A DNA stretch of 64,000 bases from Paraphysomonas bandaiensis (lineage: Eukaryota > Protista > Chrysophyceae), in NCBI GenBank assembly GCA_965644295.1, contig CBFFRP010000363.1, forward strand, positions 248,001 through 312,000, in the 5' to 3' direction. Below are positions 59,212-64,000 of the stretch, in pieces. The notes beneath the pieces were generated by a model. It was not told the DNA's origin. It was given only the letters and a program-made list of their open reading frames with translations, and made no database searches. Numbering within the stretch: position 1 is the first letter of the stretch; each line of letters begins with the position of its first letter. The translations under genes were made by a program, and so were the position numbers.

Positions 59212-62200
59212 CTATTTTGCTTTGCATCCCTGCTTTTTTCGGCGCCTTGATTTCTTTTTTTCTTCTTCCTTCAACCTTTCTACCGCTGCTATTGCCGCAT
59301 CTATTTCTAACTGCTCTTTCTCTGATGCGATTTGCTGCTCTTTCTCTTCTTTCTGTTTCTGAACGACGCGCTCAAAAGAGTATGCACGCGCAGATCGTCT
59401 GTCCACGAGCCATGGAATACTGTTTCCCTTCAGTTGTTTGATTTTACTCTCTTGGCGAGTGATTTCCTCCTCCAGCTGAATCTCCCGCAGGCCCGGTACA
59501 CTGCCCTTATTATTTTCCGTAAAGGAGGTATCATTTGTCTGAGTTACTGAACATGTCATCCATGGAGATGATACCGAGCGTGGACGGTCATTATGTTTCT
59601 CCGTTTTTTTCGTTTGTTTTTTGACGGATATGAATGCATCAAGAGTAATACCAGCCGCGCGACCAGATGAATTTGGCCCTCCTCCATTCATCTTGGGCCG
59701 GACAGGGGGAGTACGTACACCTATTTGGCCAGTAATGTTAACAGGAGTGGTCGGACTTACAGATTCCTCATTTAAAATATTTACTGATTTGGATTTTCTT
59801 GGCGTGGAAGTTTTCCATGCGTTACCAGGCGCTCTCTGGAAGCAGTAATTGTAAGACAACTGTTGTAGTTAAGATAGAATCATTACCTCAGTGCCCGTTG
59901 CATTAGATGGGTTTGAGGTCGACGATTGGGTCTCCGACAGATATTGTTCATAGGATGGAGGCTTGCTGTGTGTCCCAGCAGACCAACAAACGCCCCCTCT
60001 TGATCCCCCTGATGGCACACTACGCTCTACACTCTCGCTAAGCGCTTCCCCCTTTGACGCAGTGGGAATGAACCCTTCACGTCCATCAATAGAATTTCCA
60101 CCAGCAATAAATACATCAACAGGTATAAATTTCTTTTTCCGTTTTTTCTCCCTGCTTCTCTGCGTAATGTCACCAGAAGATGTAGCATCAACACCCTTCC
60201 GAGTGTCAAGGGAATCTAGGTCTTTACCCGTGGTTTCACTGACTATAGGAGTGTGTGAGCTACCGGAACCGGGAAGATTGGTCATCTCAGAGGATTCTTT
60301 GTCTTCGTTACTATGCAGCTCTATATATTCCAACAAACTCTCAGCTCGTTTCTGCAACGCAGTATGGCGGTCCAGTTCGAACCTATGCCCACATTGGTAT
60401 TAATTGCCAAGGTCGAAACACTATAACTGTAAGAATACAATATATATTACTTCACCAAATGTTCAATGTGTCTAACCCGGATATTTTGGAGAGGTAGACG
60501 TACCTGCTCATGGTAGCACTGCTAGCTATTGAATTCTCAATTTTTGTTAGCTTCTTCTTGACAGACCGCAGCATTCGCCTCGCACTAGGTACATCAGTGG
60601 GATCTAGGTCCTACAAAAGGCTTTGTTAACTCGCAAGAAGTGACTCCACTAGTTCGCGTACAACACTGCTAGACAAAGGCTGTACCTTTTTGTCTTCCTT
60701 GTTTGGTGTAGTATATTCAAGAGGATGTACACAAGGGGCATACGAGATTGTTTCACTACCGCTACACGAGTCTCTGCGCGGGGTCTGCACAGTCTCTGGC
60801 GACGGACAGGTGATGCCAAGCCGTCCAACGGCATCTTCGATGTCTGCTATCAGTAGGTCAAGATCAGACCATACTGAAACTTTTAGTGTAGATGATGACC
60901 GCACATGCTGAGCGAGAATAGCATCAAGATTCCTAATACAGAGAACAAAAAATGAAATTTCTCAGATAAAAAATACTCAGTGCATCAGAAGGAATTTCAT
61001 AACAAATACTTGTCATATACACACAACACTTACCTCAGAATGAAGTTGACACAGAACAACGCCAGTTGTTGGGCATCAAAATGCTCCGCAACACTAAGAA
61101 CGTCGATTACATTCCGCCTATTCACAGACCGTGCGATTGTTTGCTCACAAAGTTGCTTTAGGCGTAGCGGTGAATGCGTAGCCCTGTTGGAAGAATCTAC
61201 GATGGAGTCATTCTCGCAGACAACATCCTCCGTTGCGGAGGAACCCGCAGTTTGAGCTTGAAATGCAGAATTGCTGTGGGGAAGGGGCGGGACGGAGGCA
61301 ACCGTAAGAACTAGTGTATGGTCCACGCTAGCTGATACCTTCACTGCCCTCTTTATTCCAACAATGCGCTTAGGTACGGGCTGATATTTTCCCTCCCCAT
61401 GGCCCAGAACACCCTGTGGATTCATTGATATCAATGCTGCGGAAGGTATGCATATATGCCTTTTGAGCATTCACGTAGGCACGGAAGTAGGTGGCATGAC
61501 GAAATACAATACGTGTATACATATTACCACGGCATCAACATATGTACTCAAATCGCATATTACATAACATCTACAGTTCAAGACCAATAAAGATATTAAG
61601 TAAAAGTAAGTTCAAACAGTGCTTCACTATTCTATTGTGTAAGCTACCGTTTCAGCGCTGAAGCCCCAAGTATATACGTCACCACTTGATGTTACTACGC
61701 ACGTCCTGTCGCCAGCTGCACTCACATCCACTACTTTCCCCCCTAAAACAATATGCCTGATAAGTAACAAGCGTAACATATATTTTTAGTCACATCTCAT
61801 AACCCTTATGCCGAAAATATACTGTACAATAAGATATAGAACATTGCGGAAGCATAAACATGCAAGCAACACCTCCGTTCTCCGGAAGTAGTGACCGAAG
61901 TAATTGTGGAGAGGAGAGGTGCGACTGCTCCTTTCTCCCATGGCCAAGTTGAACAGCCCCAAGTCCCCAAGTAAAGACACACCCACTGGATCCATCCATT
62001 GCGACGAAGTGATGATACCCAGCGGAAACACGTGTCACATTAGCCCGGTGGTCAGATGCCCCGGACCACTTACAACCTACACCTATGTGGGTAGAGATAT
62101 CTGGGGTAGGTTTTAGAAACTGAACCCGAGTAGGATTGTATGATCCATGTCCCCATTGAAACACATCATTCACCTTCCCGCGCGTAGAGGTGTTATATCG

Positions 62201-63677
62201 AAGCCGGGCGAGAACGAGAGTTGAACAACGGGATGCACATACTTGCAGAACCACTTGTTCTTCTTCAGACTCTCCGTCATCCCACCCACTGCGACTACTA
62301 GTGCCCACGTTGGCTTGACGTAATGCTACGCGTACGGGAGAAGAACTACCGGGAGCTCCACATCCGGATTCTGTGCCGGTTAATCGCACACCAAGTTGTC
62401 CATGCTTATTGCATCCCCAAGTGTATATGACGCCAGCACTGGTGAAACACACAGAGTGATTCTCCCCCGCTGCAATACCGCAAACTGAATGGCGTCGGAA
62501 CTTATCAACTCGCTGGGGACACCATCCGCTTGAAGAACTCTTAGTTGGTCTGCCCAACTGCCCAAATCTGCACGCAGGGTCATTACTAAGCATGACAGAT
62601 ACATGCCTGTATACCTGTTAGAACCCCAAGAGAAAAGATTCCCTCGGCTATCTACTGCCAACATATGATTTTCTCCCGCAGCAATAGCAGTGATTTTAAC
62701 TCCCTCTATGTGACATACATATAGAGAGTGAGCGGCTTATATATTTCAATAGCTTCATTGGGCGGAAACAAATATATTGCACTTGAAGGAGATCAACATA
62801 TATATTCAACACTACATTCTGCAGTGTATCGTGACCACTGAATAGATATATGAAATTGTACGTATCGAAAACACATATTACTTTACTGTATTATAGTACG
62901 GTCAATTCCGGTCAATGTACACTACGTATCCATAGCCTCACCTGGAAAAGAGTTAACCAGTTCAGGGTGGGGCTGTGATGCCTCGTCACCATGTCCCAAC
63001 CTACCACCTCTTCCGATTCCCCAGGTAAATACTTTCCCCTCGGAAGTAAGAGCTGCAGAATGATACTTTCCAGTGGCGATATCTCTCACCGGCTCGTCTA
63101 TAAGATGTGTCAAATGGCGGGGGCGAGAGACATCAACAGCAGCACGAGGCAGGGGAATTCCCAGAAAGAAATCGGCCCGACCGAAGGCAAGTACTTCTGG
63201 AGAGCATGATGTTTGGAAAATATTAACTAATGTAGGAGACAGCTGGAGAGAAAGGAGATCAAGTGGAGAGAGGCCGTCGTGGTCAATAGGAGACTTCCAC
63301 GAAGAGCACTGACTGATGTGTCTATCCACCTCACACTTCGAATATATATCAACGTCCCAATTGTCAGATACTACTTCATCTCCTATTTGGGCCCCAGCCT
63401 TAAGAAGTAGAAGGGTCATTTTAATATGACCAAAGTATAAACTGCGGTGTAAAGGAGTCCATCCGTTCTCATAGTCTTGAAGAGTGTGATCTGCATTCCA
63501 TTTCAACAACACGACAGCAGACTCACAGCACCCATAAGTGCTGCATATATGCAGAGCTGTTCTTCCCATCCCATCTCTATCATTCGGATCGGTTCCACTC
63601 GTAAGTATATCAGCAATGGACACAGGATCGTCTCTTCTAGCAGCTATAAACAGGTCACTGTATCCGCCCTTCTCCAT
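59212..63677 (-). CDS. ankyrin + RCC1-repeat + BACK-like protein, IBTK-like, multi-exon
   Basis: GRTALH / QDYENGWTPLHRSLYFGH ankyrins, RCC1 repeats (FTWG.G.GGRLGHG, AAGENH), LKQLCEQTIA...AQQLALFC, C-terminal LREIQLEE. Confidence 0.85.
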
Positions 63678-64000
63678 CCCTTATCTCAACACGGTATTTA
63701 TATCCACACAATCGACACACTTACTCTTCACTACCCACCCACACTCCGAGCCCCTCAGGGTGTTTCATGTAGTACAATACAAGCATTATTCCAATCCATT
63801 CATATTAAAGTAATTCAAATACTCTCAAGTCCATATCGCCATAAGTAAAATCTGCCTCACTTTGGAGTGGAAAATTCCATCTGGTTGGAGGTTTTCACGT
63901 CCTACACCTAGAAAAGTGGCATTTTTTATACATTCAACGTATGAGAACACAGTGTTCTCTGAAAAAGAGGAGTTAAAATGCTTCACTATCACAATCTGTC

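Overview
Eukaryotic, gene-dense window with short (~50 nt) GT-AG introns. IFT52, the TIR_2 type and the hAT relic suggest a flagellated protist, probably a stramenopile (inference). About 18 protein genes: myristoylated TIR+SAM-like protein, PDH E2-like (DLAT), NBR1, IFT52, Kv channel, YchF/OLA1, two glycosyltransferase-like genes, a 40-aa helical-repeat protein, nicastrin, archease, non-specific phospholipase C, a Cmc1-type CX9C protein, a divergent CDK, a tandem-PH protein, a sulfotransferase-like gene, an IBTK-like ANK/RCC1 protein and one orphan. Mobile DNA: a very young gag-protease-only LTR element (54294-58857), a hAT relic and a dispersed non-LTR retroposon system. That system is the main finding. 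5'-truncated LINE copies (13-16 bp TSDs, ORF ending in RPPD) share a covarying 3' RNA structure with ~450-520 bp non-coding SINE-like elements. The defined 5' end of those short elements folds into a partly degenerate HDV-like ribozyme, recalling the Ingi/L1Tc-SIDER arrangement of trypanosomatids. Also notable: a recurrent TACAGCAGTA/ATGTCCA + CA-tract motif at gene 5' ends, and 0.6-1.1 kb (TACA)n arrays upstream of genes. Exon boundaries were read by eye and no database searches were run.
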